A stretch of DNA of 49,301 nucleotides from Eubacteriales bacterium (GTDB lineage Bacteria > Bacillota > Clostridia > Oscillospirales > UBA644). The stretch lies in NCBI GenBank assembly GCA_045637625.1, contig JAZTZU010000062.1:1-49301 (forward strand), read 5' to 3'. The notes beneath the pieces were generated by a model, which saw only the letters and a program-made list of their open reading frames with translations, had not been told where the DNA came from and did not search any database. Within the stretch, counting starts at the first letter, position 1. Each line of letters opens with the position of its first letter. Shown in pieces: positions 18,100-27,583 of this stretch. Both the position numbers and the translations under genes were made by a program.

Positions 18100-19455
18100 A
18101 TGAAATTTAGAATTTTATTGTTGTTAATGGTTGTTTTTCTTTTGGTCACGGCGTGTACTGGCTCCGGAGAAAATTTTAAATATGTTGTCGACGGGGAGAC
18201 TGTTGATTTTCAAGGATCAGTATTCCGTATTGCGGATTCCCCAAATTTCAGAGGTGCCTTGGCACTTACTCCTGATACAGGAATGACACCATCAAGTGCG
18301 TCCAAAGCTCTTTTTAGTGGATATGAAAAAGTTCAGGATAAGCTTAACTGTGAAATTGAGTTCATTCAGTACAATAAAGATGACTATTGGCGTGCTGTCA
18401 CTGTCGGAGATGATTATGCTGATTTGATAAACGCTAACATGAATACTCTGTTTGAAATGTATAATTTCGGTTATGTTTTGCCGTTAAATGAGATCGAAGC
18501 GATTAACCTTGACAGTGAAAAATACGGAACACCTCAAATGATCGAGGCTTTGACATGGAAAGGTGATGTAGTGGCTGCATATCCTTATTTCTGGGGTGCG
18601 ATAAATCCCAATTTTGATAATGGGCTTTGGTTTAATGTCAAATTATTTAAAAAACTCCGTTATCCTGATCCTCATGAGCTTTATGAAAGAGGACTTTGGA
18701 CGTGGAGTGCTCTTGATGAGATAGGTTCTTTGTGTATGGATATTTCAAATTCGACAAGAACGTATTATCTTGCAACATTGAATCAGAACTTTATACGAAT
18801 GATGATACTTTCCAACGGCGGTGAATATTTTAAAGTTACGTCTACCGGCAGATATGAATACGGACTTACAGACGGAAAGGTCGTTGATGCTATCCAAAAG
18901 ACTCATGAACTTTACAGACAGGGGTTGTTATATGAGTATCCCGGTTCTGACGATCTGGATGCTAAGGTCTTTACAGATGGGAACGCTGCGTTGTATTGCG
19001 GAAATTCTGCTAACGGCGTATTGATAGAACGGGGTTATCTCAGTAAGAATATGGAAGAATATTCTTTCCTTTGGGCAACTATGCCTGTAGGACCAAACGG
19101 GTCAGGTGAGCCTGTAGGTCTTCTTTCAAATACGAATCAGTTTATTTGTGCAACAATTGATAAGGGTCGTGACAGAGAAGGCTTGGGGCTGTTTATGGAA
19201 GAGCTTTTCAATAGGCCTGTGGATAACGACTGGAGAGATACGTTTTTTGAAGCAAATATTAAAGATGTAATATCTAAAGAAATCTTTGTATCACAGTTTG
19301 AAAATCCGTATTTTGATAGGGTTATTTTTGCTTGCCAAGACGATTCCTTGTTCGAGTCTTTATATGAAGCCGCAAAGACAGGCTCTATCCGAAAAACAGT
19401 TGAGGATATCAAACCTGCGCTTATGTCTGAGCTTGAGGATTTTATTTACGATTAA
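18100..19455 (+). CDS. Lipoprotein resembling an extracellular solute-binding protein (ABC-type sugar-binding-protein-like), orphan
   Basis: Lipobox LLVTAC at residues 16-21 after a signal peptide. 451 aa with Trp/Tyr-rich mixed alpha/beta composition. No adjacent permease genes. Confidence 0.65.
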   Translation: MKFRILLLLMVVFLLVTACTGSGENFKYVVDGETVDFQGSVFRIADSPNFRGALALTPDTGMTPSSASKALFSGYEKVQDKLNCEIEFIQYNKDDYWRAVTVGDDYADLINANMNTLFEMYNFGYVLPLNEIEAINLDSEKYGTPQMIEALTWKGDVVAAYPYFWGAINPNFDNGLWFNVKLFKKLRYPDPHELYERGLWTWSALDEIGSLCMDISNSTRTYYLATLNQNFIRMMILSNGGEYFKVTSTGRYEYGLTDGKVVDAIQKTHELYRQGLLYEYPGSDDLDAKVFTDGNAALYCGNSANGVLIERGYLSKNMEEYSFLWATMPVGPNGSGEPVGLLSNTNQFICATIDKGRDREGLGLFMEELFNRPVDNDWRDTFFEANIKDVISKEIFVSQFENPYFDRVIFACQDDSLFESLYEAAKTGSIRKTVEDIKPALMSELEDFIYD

Positions 19456-19465
19456 AAAACATTTT

Positions 19466-19548
19466 TCAGATAAAAAGGTTCTATAATAATATGTTGAGTT
19501 TTACTTCAACAGTTATTATAGAACCAAAATTTTTATTTATTTTTTTCG
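19466..19548. terminator. Long imperfect hairpin acting as a bidirectional terminator between convergent genes
   Basis: ggttctataataatatgttgag...ttcaacagttattatagaacc (19477-19525), flanked by an A-run upstream and a T-rich run downstream. Confidence 0.55.
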
Positions 19549-21185
19549 TCTGAGATTCTGATCTGTTTACGTTTTATTTTTCCTGAAATTGTTTTGGGAA
19601 GCTCATCAACGTATTCTATGATTCTCGGATATTTGTAAGGTGCAGTTGTCTTTTTGACATGATTCTGCAATTCCTTAGTTAATGCGGGGGATGGAGTATA
19701 TCCTTTGGCTAAAACAACAGTTGCTTTTACAACCTGTCCTCTTTCAGGATCAGGGACTGCTGTAATTGCTGTTTCAACTACTGCAGGATGTTCAAGTAAA
19801 GCACTTTCGACTTCAAAAGGTCCGATTCTGTAGCCGCTTGATTTTATTACATCGTCACCTCTGCCAATAAACCAAACATAGCCATCCTCATCTTTCCATG
19901 CCATGTCATGAGTGTGATACCATCCGTCGTACATAACTTCAGCTGTTGCCTCAGCATCGTTTCTGTATCCGTGGAAAATTCCTGCTGGAATACCATTTTG
20001 AATATTGATACAGATTTCTCCTTCTTCACCGACTTGGGCTTCGTTGCCGTTGTCGTCAAGTAATTTTATTCCAAGTGTAGGGGAGACTCTTCCTGTTGAA
20101 CCCGGTTTTGGTGAAAGCCAGGGGAATACTGCGATAAGAACAGGGCTTTCTGACTGACCGAAGCCTTCTCGGAGCTCTATACCTGTATGATCAAGCCATT
20201 GTCTGTAAACTTCCGCATTAAGAGGTTCACCTGCGATATAACAAGCTCTGAGATTTTTTAAATTATAAGAATCAAGATCTTCTTTGATCAGGAATCTGTA
20301 TACTGTAGGTGGCGCACAGAATGTGGTTATATGTTTTGATTCGAGCATTTTAAGGATGTCTGCAGATGGGAACTTGTCGTCGTAATCATAGACAAAAACA
20401 CATGCTCCGCAAATCCATTGTCCGTAAATTTTACCCCAGGCACATTTTGCCCAACCTGTGTCTGCAAGAGTGAAGTGGGTATCTGTATCTTTCAGATTTT
20501 GCCAAAATCCTGCAGTAAGAATGTGTCCAAGAGGGTATGTCTGAATATGTTCAACCATTTTAGGATGGGCTGTTGTTCCGGATGTGAAGTAAATCAGCAT
20601 TGGATCTTCATTTACGGTAACTCTTTCGGGTGCAATGTCTGAAGCTGTTTCCAGCAGAGGATCAATATGAATGTATCCTTCAACCGCATTTCCTACACAG
20701 CTTTTAGTTATCTCAGGGTTTTTAGCTGTTGCTTTATTTACATGTGATATTACTTCTGCGTCACCAACACATATAATATGTTTTATCCCTGCCGCTTCAA
20801 CTCTGTATTCTATATCCTGCTCTGTGAGCATATGAGTTGAGGGGATAGCTACAGCTCCTATTTTATGAAGAGCGGGCATAAAATACCAGAAGTAATGACG
20901 ACGTTTCATTATCAGCATTACGGTGTCGCCCTTTTTGATTCCGATATCCTTGAAAATGTTTGCCGCTTTGTTTGAGAGGCGTGAAATGTCTCCGAATGTG
21001 AAGATTTTTTCCTCACCTTTATCATTACACCATCTGAGTGCTTTTTGATCCGGGGAAAGTTTTCCTAATTCATCTACGATATCAAATCCGTAGTTGAAGT
21101 TTTCAGGTATATTTATCTTGAAGTTTTTTTCAAAATCCTCATAAGAGGAATATTCTGTTTGTACGAATCTATTAAGTAAGTTCAT
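19533..21185 (-). CDS. AMP-forming acyl-CoA synthetase (medium-chain fatty-acid--CoA ligase family)
   Basis: AMP-binding motif [12 protein letters not shown], hinge/A8 region [40 protein letters not shown] and a C-terminal lysine motif. Confidence 0.85.
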   Translation of the reverse strand: [550 protein letters not shown]

Positions 21186-21218
21186 TGTTTTTATTTTTCC
21201 GTTCTATATTAAATTAAG

Positions 21219-21785
21219 TTAAATAGTAATTACCAATATTTTCGCACACTTACCGTTAAGAGCTCTCATTCCATGAGGCTGTCTTGAATCGAAATATGCG
21301 GAATCTCCTTCTTCGACAGTAACTACATGGTCACCAATCTGAAGCTGGAAACTTCCTTCAAGGCAGTAGTGGAATTCTTGTCCCTGATGGGTATTTAAAT
21401 GAATTTCAGGGTTATCGTTGTATTCAACTGTAACAAGAAGAGGTTCCACTTTTCTGTCTACAAAATTGAATGCGAGATTTTCATATTTATACGCTTTCGA
21501 TCTGTCAACCGAAAGTCCTCTGCCGTTTTTAACAAAAGAGTAAGTGTGAAGTCTTGCGCGTTCTCCTGTAAGAAGTTCAGTCATACTGATGTTCAGAAAT
21601 GCGCAAGCGTCTAACAATATGCTCACAGATAGAGGTGTTTCGTTATTTTCCAATTTTAAGTATTCTTCTTCTGTGACACCTGTTACTTTTGCCATCTCGG
21701 CAACAGAGACATCGGACAATAATCTTATCCCTTTAAGTCTTTGAGCTATTTCGGAATTCATTATTGCCATAGTATCATCCTCCAT
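21219..21785 (-). CDS. XRE-family HTH transcriptional regulator with C-terminal cupin domain
   Basis: HTH segment IAQRLKGIRLLSDVSVAEMAKVTGVTEEEYLKLEN. Cupin motifs (HxH...E: HQGQEFHYCLEG ... PHG). The start may be the internal Met (MAIMNSE). Confidence 0.75.
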   Translation of the reverse strand: MEDDTMAIMNSEIAQRLKGIRLLSDVSVAEMAKVTGVTEEEYLKLENNETPLSVSILLDACAFLNISMTELLTGERARLHTYSFVKNGRGLSVDRSKAYKYENLAFNFVDRKVEPLLVTVEYNDNPEIHLNTHQGQEFHYCLEGSFQLQIGDHVVTVEEGDSAYFDSRQPHGMRALNGKCAKILVITI

Positions 21786-21871
21786 TCTTTGTTATCTTTA
21801 AAATCTAAAGTAATTTTCTTTAATGCTTAACGGTAGGCTTGCTTTTTGTAAACAAGCCTGCCGCGGTTTTA

Positions 21872-22408
21872 TTATTCTGCGAAATTGTAACCGAGATCAA
21901 TCGCTTCAATGTTCTTAGCGATGAGTGCTGCTTTTGATGCCGGAACCATTTTTTCGATGGCAGATTTAACTGTATCTGCATCCATGAAATTTGTGAGTTT
22001 AAGCATATAGCCGAGGGCTATCATATTTGCGAGGCCGGGAAGGTCTTTTTCTTTTGCCATTTTTGTAGCCGGAATACCTTTGCAGTTGATATCCGTTCTT
22101 TCAGATGTTTTAGCTATAAGGGAAGAGTCATAAACGATCGTTCCTCCTGCAATCATCATCGGTTCGAATTTATCAAAAGAAGGAGTATTTAATGCCATAA
22201 GAATCGCAGGGTCGTTTACAATGGGGCAGGCGATAGGAGCGTCGTCTATACAAACAGAGCAGTTTGATGTTCCTCCACGCATTTCAGGACCGTAACTTGG
22301 AAGCCATGAAACTTCTTTGTTAGCAATCATACCTGCGTATGCTGTAACTTTGGCAACGAACTGAACGCCTTGTCCGCCAAAGCCTGCAAAAATTATTTTA
22401 GTTGCCAT
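21872..22408 (-). CDS. 2-oxoacid:ferredoxin oxidoreductase, gamma subunit
   Basis: MATKIIFAGFGGQGV N-terminus typical of the POR/VOR/KOR gamma subunit. Confidence 0.85.
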   Translation of the reverse strand: MATKIIFAGFGGQGVQFVAKVTAYAGMIANKEVSWLPSYGPEMRGGTSNCSVCIDDAPIACPIVNDPAILMALNTPSFDKFEPMMIAGGTIVYDSSLIAKTSERTDINCKGIPATKMAKEKDLPGLANMIALGYMLKLTNFMDADTVKSAIEKMVPASKAALIAKNIEAIDLGYNFAE

Positions 22409-23160
22409 TATTCTTCGCCCTCCAATTTTGTGTTCTTATAGTTTCCGAGAGGATAATATGGTATCATATTTTCTTCAAGCCATTTGAGAGCATTTACGGG
22501 AGAGAGTCCCCAGTTTGTGGGACATGTACTTACAACTTCGATAAGAGAAAGTCCTTTCTTCTGCATCTGCATTTCAAAGCCCCTCTTGATTGCAGCTTTA
22601 GCTTTGATTACATTTTTAACGTTGTTTACTGCAACTCGTTCAACATAAGCAGCTCCATCGAGGGTTGCGATCATTTCAGAAACTCTGATGGGGTTTCCGG
22701 AATAGCTTGTGTCTCTTCCGTAGGGGGTTGTCTGTGTTGTCTGGCCGGGAAGAGTTGTTGGTGCCATCTGACCGCCGGTCATACCATAAATTGCATTGTT
22801 GATGAATATGATTGTAACATTTTCGCCTCTTGCTGCAATATGTACAGTTTCAGCTGTTCCTATTGCTGCGAGGTCACCGTCACCCTGATATGTGAAAACT
22901 ATATTGTCGGGAAGAGCTCTTTTTAATCCTGTAGCAACGGCAGGAGCTCGTCCGTGAGGCGCCTGGACCATATCGCATGAGAAATAATTGTATGCCATAA
23001 CGGAACATCCAACAGGCGCTACGCCTACAGCATCTCCTATGAGTCCGAGTTCTTCAAGGCTTTCGCCTACGAGTCTGTGTACGATACCATGGGTGCAACC
23101 GGGACAGTAGTGTGTTACTGCATCTGTAAGACCTTTTGTTTTTTCAAAAACGATTGCCAT
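22408..23160 (-). CDS. 2-oxoacid:ferredoxin oxidoreductase, beta subunit (TPP-binding)
   Basis: CPGCTHG Cys motif and TPP-binding GDGD...N region. Start overlaps the stop of the alpha-subunit gene. Confidence 0.85.
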   Translation of the reverse strand: MAIVFEKTKGLTDAVTHYCPGCTHGIVHRLVGESLEELGLIGDAVGVAPVGCSVMAYNYFSCDMVQAPHGRAPAVATGLKRALPDNIVFTYQGDGDLAAIGTAETVHIAARGENVTIIFINNAIYGMTGGQMAPTTLPGQTTQTTPYGRDTSYSGNPIRVSEMIATLDGAAYVERVAVNNVKNVIKAKAAIKRGFEMQMQKKGLSLIEVVSTCPTNWGLSPVNALKWLEENMIPYYPLGNYKNTKLEGEE

Positions 23161-24227
23161 TATTTTTTACCTCCGTTCAATTCAACTATTCTATTGTAAA
23201 CTTCTTCCGGAGAAGGAACTATACCGCCTGAACGGTTAAGTAAAGAAACCGGTTTTTTGCACTCAACGGCAAGACGAACATCATCTATCATCTGACCCAT
23301 GTTCATTTCAACTGTGAGGATTTCTTTTACGTTGGGATTGTTTTTAATTTTTGCAAAATAATCAACAGGGAAGGGGAAGAGTGTGATAGGTCTGATAAGA
23401 CCGACCTTTATTCCTTCTGCGCGAGCCTGATTGATTGCCGCTTTAGCGACTCTCGCAGAGAGTCCAACTGCTGCGATAACAATTTCTGCATCATCAAGCA
23501 TGTATTCTTCGGCTTTCTGTTCGTTCTGTTTGATTATTTCATAGCGTTCAAATCTTTCAAAGTTTTTAGCTTCAAGTTCTTCGGGTTTGAGGTAGAGGGA
23601 GTTGACGATGTTGTGTTCTCTCTGATTCTTGTGGCCGTTTGTAGCCCAGGGCTTTTCTGCCGCTTTTGCTGTGGGGAGAAGATCGAAATCTACAGGTTCC
23701 ATCATCTGTCCCAATGTTCCGTCGAGCAGAAGCATCGCGGGAACTCTGTACTGTTCAGCTTTGTCAAACGCTTCGAACACGTAAGATATGATTTCCTGAA
23801 CGCTTTCGGGCGCATATACGAGAAGGTGCAAGTCTCCGTGCCCGGGGGCTTTGGTTGCTTGGAAATAGTCAGACTGTGAAGGCTGGATTCCTCCAAGACC
23901 GGGGCCGCCTCTCTGTACATTTATAATAAGGCAGGGAAGATCGCTTCCTGCAAGATATGATATACCTTCTGTTTTGAGTGAAATACCCGGGGATGAAGAG
24001 CTTGTCATAGCTCTTACGCCTGCAGATGCAGCTCCGAGAACCATATTTATTGCGGCAACTTCACTTTCTGCCTGAAGGAATGTTCCGCCGATTTTAGGCA
24101 TTTTTTTTGCAAAATATGCTGCGACTTCAGTTTGAGGTGTGATAGGGTATCCGAAGAAATGTCTGCATCCTGCACGCATAGCGGCTTCTGCGAGAGCTTC
24201 GTTACCTTTCATTAACTGTTTGCTCAT
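23160..24227 (-). CDS. 2-oxoacid:ferredoxin oxidoreductase, alpha subunit
   Basis: N-terminal GNEALAEAAMRAGCRHFFGYPITPQTEV and QAESEVAAINMVLGA motifs of POR/KOR alpha. Confidence 0.85.
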   Translation of the reverse strand: MSKQLMKGNEALAEAAMRAGCRHFFGYPITPQTEVAAYFAKKMPKIGGTFLQAESEVAAINMVLGAASAGVRAMTSSSSPGISLKTEGISYLAGSDLPCLIINVQRGGPGLGGIQPSQSDYFQATKAPGHGDLHLLVYAPESVQEIISYVFEAFDKAEQYRVPAMLLLDGTLGQMMEPVDFDLLPTAKAAEKPWATNGHKNQREHNIVNSLYLKPEELEAKNFERFERYEIIKQNEQKAEEYMLDDAEIVIAAVGLSARVAKAAINQARAEGIKVGLIRPITLFPFPVDYFAKIKNNPNVKEILTVEMNMGQMIDDVRLAVECKKPVSLLNRSGGIVPSPEEVYNRIVELNGGKK

Positions 24228-24246
24228 GATAAGTTTTCCTCCTATA

Positions 24247-24453
24247 TTATTTTTCTACCGTAATTACGCAGTCGGGACACATTCTTGCACAGAAAGCGCA
24301 AGCTATGCATTTTTCCTGATCTGTCATTGCAGCGGGGCTATAACCCTTTGCATTAACGGTATTTTCATCGATGACAAGTATTTTTTTAGGACATGCTTCC
24401 ACGCATAATCCGCAACCTTTACAACGGTCTTGGTTAATAGTAACTTTAGCCAT
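24247..24453 (-). CDS. 2-oxoacid:ferredoxin oxidoreductase, delta subunit (2x[4Fe-4S] ferredoxin)
   Basis: 68 aa with two CxxCxxCxxxCP motifs (CKGCGLCVEACP, CIACAFCARMCP). Confidence 0.8.
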   Translation of the reverse strand: MAKVTINQDRCKGCGLCVEACPKKILVIDENTVNAKGYSPAAMTDQEKCIACAFCARMCPDCVITVEK

Positions 24454-24693
24454 CTTTTCATCATCCTTTTCTAATAAAGCAATTTAATATGTATTGATAA
24501 TATTATAAAGTATATTATAACACGTATACTTACAAAAGTAAAGTGGTAAACGGGAAAGTTGCAAATAATTTTGCATTTTGTCGATTGTCGACTGTTGGTT
24601 TGTGGTGTAATGCCTTATAACTTTACACCAATAATATTCCCATCCTATATGTAAAGGTTGTTGATTTTACATATGCAAAAAAATGCTGTAAAA

Positions 24694-25383
24694 TCAAGGA
24701 TTTTCGTGTTGGTGTGATGTCGTGTCTAATGAAATTACTGTCAATGTTTTGCCCTTTACGGTGAATTTTATCAAAAAATTACCGTGTTCGAAGCTATAAA
24801 CTCTGTCCGGTTCATTTTGGTATGCCGGACGAGGGTCTTGTTCCAATAATTCGATTAGAATTTTCCTCAAATCAGGACTCAGTACTGAAGTTACATCATC
24901 TGAAAAATCTACTGATAACTTTTTCCCAAAAGTTTCATCTGCAAATCCGCATTTGGCTTCGGGATGTGAATCGGAATATGTAATGTAAGGTTTGATATCA
25001 TATATAGGTGTTCCGTTCATTAAGTCAGCTCCGGTAACTATAATTATAGGACCGACGGAGGGGCTGTATTCAATTGATTCTATTTTAACGCACGACAGAC
25101 CTATAGGATTTGGTCTGAAAGGGGATCTGGTTGCAAAAACTCCCATTCGTTTGTTTCCGCCCAGACGTGGAGGTCTGACTGTAGGTTTCCAGTTTTCTGT
25201 TTTTGATTCGCTGAATTCCCAAACTAACCATAAATGAGAAAAATTTCCTAATCCTCTGAGTGAATCAGGATCTCGATATTGTGGCTGAAAAATTATTTTT
25301 GATTTGGTTTCGGATATTCCGCTTTGACGTGGAATTCCAAATTTAGAGATAAAATCATTTTCTATTGTGGCTATAATTTTCAT
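24694..25383 (-). CDS. trmO: tRNA (adenine37-N6)-methyltransferase TrmO (TsaA/YaeB family)
   Basis: TsaA-fold motifs GIPRQSG, LWLVWEF, GVFATRSPFRPNPIGLS. Confidence 0.8.
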   Translation of the reverse strand: MKIIATIENDFISKFGIPRQSGISETKSKIIFQPQYRDPDSLRGLGNFSHLWLVWEFSESKTENWKPTVRPPRLGGNKRMGVFATRSPFRPNPIGLSCVKIESIEYSPSVGPIIIVTGADLMNGTPIYDIKPYITYSDSHPEAKCGFADETFGKKLSVDFSDDVTSVLSPDLRKILIELLEQDPRPAYQNEPDRVYSFEHGNFLIKFTVKGKTLTVISLDTTSHQHENP

Positions 25384-25660
25384 TGACTGGAATGCCTCCG
25401 TTGGTTTGAGTTATTTCTGTATAAATACATCTTATCATTACTTACAGTGTTTTGTCAAGCGGTTAATTTGACTTGTGCGGTAAAGTTTAATTAAATATTT
25501 CTTAGATGCTTGACTTTATAAAAAATGTTTGGTATAATTACTATATCATATTATTTTGTATACCCCGAACTGCGCTAAATATTCATTTAGCGAAATTAAC
25601 TATATCTGGAATATGTGGGTTTCCTTTCCCATATTTTATACTGGAAATTGGAGATTATTT

Positions 25661-26662
25661 ATGTCTAATACTTCTAAAACCATTCATGGTGAAAAATTTT
25701 ATAACTACAGTGATATTCCGTCTTTTGCACGTGATTACCTTTTCTATCTGAAAAACGTCAGGAATCTTTCTTCAAGAACCGTTGACGCTTATTATACGGA
25801 TCTCAGAGGTTTTTTCAGGTTCATTGTTTCTTATAAAAATCTTTCAAACCTTCCGATAGATGAAATTAATTCTGCGGGATTGTCTTTGGAAATCGTTAAA
25901 AATATTACGCTATCAGATATTTATATTTATTTGAATTATACAAACGATGATCGTCAAAATAATGCAACAACACGTTCCAGAAAGATTTCTTCACTAAAAG
26001 GTTTTTATAAGTATCTTAACAAAAATGCTATAATTGAAAGCAATCCTACAGAATATCTTGAAGCTCCTAAGGTCAAAAAGCGTCTTCCGGTTTATTTAAA
26101 TGTTGAAGAAAGCGTTGGACTTCTTGAGAATATCGATGGGAAAAACCAAGTTCGAGATTTTGCCATAATTACTTTGTTTCTTAATTGTGGACTACGTCTG
26201 TCAGAACTTGTTGGGATGAATCTGAGTGATATCAACGGTAGCGTATTGCGTGTCATTGGTAAAGGTAACAAAGAACGTCTTATTCATTTAAATCAGTCAT
26301 GCATCGATGCGTTGGTTGAATATTTAAAGATCCGACCAAAGGAGTTGAATGATCCTGATGCAAAAAAAGCTGTTTTTATCAGCCGAAACGGTAGACGTAT
26401 TTCTCGTAGAATGGTTGAACTTCTTGTTGATAAGCATCTTCAGAGCAGCGGTTTGGATAAGAGTATCTACTCCCCTCACAAACTTCGTCATACGGCTGCA
26501 ACGCTGATGCATCAGGAAGGCGTTGATATCCGTGTTTTACAGGAAATTCTTGGTCATTCAAATCTTGGAACAACTCAGATATATACTCATTTGGCTGATA
26601 AAGAAATAACGGAAGCCTTGGATTCGAACCCTCTGAATAAAAAAATAAATAAAAAGAAGTAA
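25661..26662 (+). CDS. Tyrosine site-specific recombinase, XerC/XerD family
   Basis: Core-binding N-terminal domain (YLKNVRNLSSRTVDAYYTDLRGFFRF) and catalytic C-terminus (HKLRHTAAT...LGHSNLGTTQIYTHL). Start set at the ATG with a GGAG ribosome-binding site (25661), not the upstream ORF-track start. Confidence 0.8.
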   Translation: MSNTSKTIHGEKFYNYSDIPSFARDYLFYLKNVRNLSSRTVDAYYTDLRGFFRFIVSYKNLSNLPIDEINSAGLSLEIVKNITLSDIYIYLNYTNDDRQNNATTRSRKISSLKGFYKYLNKNAIIESNPTEYLEAPKVKKRLPVYLNVEESVGLLENIDGKNQVRDFAIITLFLNCGLRLSELVGMNLSDINGSVLRVIGKGNKERLIHLNQSCIDALVEYLKIRPKELNDPDAKKAVFISRNGRRISRRMVELLVDKHLQSSGLDKSIYSPHKLRHTAATLMHQEGVDIRVLQEILGHSNLGTTQIYTHLADKEITEALDSNPLNKKINKKK

Positions 26663-26663
26663 G

Positions 26664-26693
26664 AAAATCCCCAACAAAAATTGGGGATTTTCA
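26664..26693. terminator. Bidirectional intrinsic terminator
   Basis: aaaatccccaa (26664-26674) / ttggggatttt (26681-26691) with A- and T-runs on both sides. Confidence 0.7.
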
Positions 26694-26706
26694 TTATTAT
26701 TTGCAA

Positions 26707-27555
26707 TTAGAATTTAAGTGTCTCTCCGGATGCGATCTTATAGACTTCCCCGTCAATATCAAACCAAACAGTTGTCAGTGTTGGGTTGTAAATCATTGTT
26801 CCGTCAGCACTGTATATAAGAGATTCATAAGCTTTGATATAGTCGTATATTTCAATGTTTGTTGCAAACCAAATAGAATCGTTCCCGGATACTTTTTTAC
26901 AGATTTCTTCAAGTCTTTCCCAATTGTTTTTTGCCTCAAATTCAAAGCTGTGTCCCCAAATATAAAACAGGCGGGCTTCCCTGTCTGCGTAATATCTTTT
27001 TGTTGAGAGATCCATATTTATGAATTCATCTAAATATTCAAAAGTCTTCGGATTGTCGTGATGCACTGTAGGGATCCAGTTATGCCAATCTGTCGGAAGT
27101 TTGAAGCTGTTGTTATCAGCCCCCAGGCTTCTTGAATAGGCAATATCAAGGCTTGTCAGATATTGTTTGATGTCTTCGTATTTAACGCCCGGGCGGAAGC
27201 GTGTAACGCCTGTGTCGGGATATGCCATTCCTCTGATTATTCTGTTATATTTGTTTTCAAGGTTTATTCTGCAGTTTACAACTTCCTGGATTCCTTCAAT
27301 TGGTCTTTGCGTTCCATTTGCTCTGTGGAATTCCCCGTGAACAGCAATTTCATGACCTTTAGAAAGAATATGATCTTCAACTTCCTCCTTGCTTAGAGTC
27401 GTTCTGAATCTGTCTCCGTTAAGGTTGAATGTTCCTTTGAGCCCGTATTTTGTAAAAAGATCTGCGGTTCTTAAATCTTCCCTGCAACCGTCATCATAGC
27501 TGAAAGTCAATGCTTTAGCCCTGCCTTCAGGAAAACGTAAAAATTGATATCTCAT
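26707..27555 (-). CDS. Polysaccharide deacetylase (NodB-homology / carbohydrate esterase family 4)
   Basis: TFSYDDG and HGxxH metal motifs, YIWGHSFEF. Last gene of the esterase operon. Confidence 0.8.
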   Translation of the reverse strand: MRYQFLRFPEGRAKALTFSYDDGCREDLRTADLFTKYGLKGTFNLNGDRFRTTLSKEEVEDHILSKGHEIAVHGEFHRANGTQRPIEGIQEVVNCRINLENKYNRIIRGMAYPDTGVTRFRPGVKYEDIKQYLTSLDIAYSRSLGADNNSFKLPTDWHNWIPTVHHDNPKTFEYLDEFINMDLSTKRYYADREARLFYIWGHSFEFEAKNNWERLEEICKKVSGNDSIWFATNIEIYDYIKAYESLIYSADGTMIYNPTLTTVWFDIDGEVYKIASGETLKF

Positions 27556-27583
27556 ATTATTATCTCCTTATTTTAATTTCTTT

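Noticed and set aside
25556-25660. Longer N-terminus for the recombinase (ORF-track start at 25556)
   Set aside because: The in-frame ATG at 25661 has a well-spaced GGAG ribosome-binding site, and the extension (MYTPNCAKYSFSEINYIWNMW...) is hydrophobic and atypical for XerC/D.
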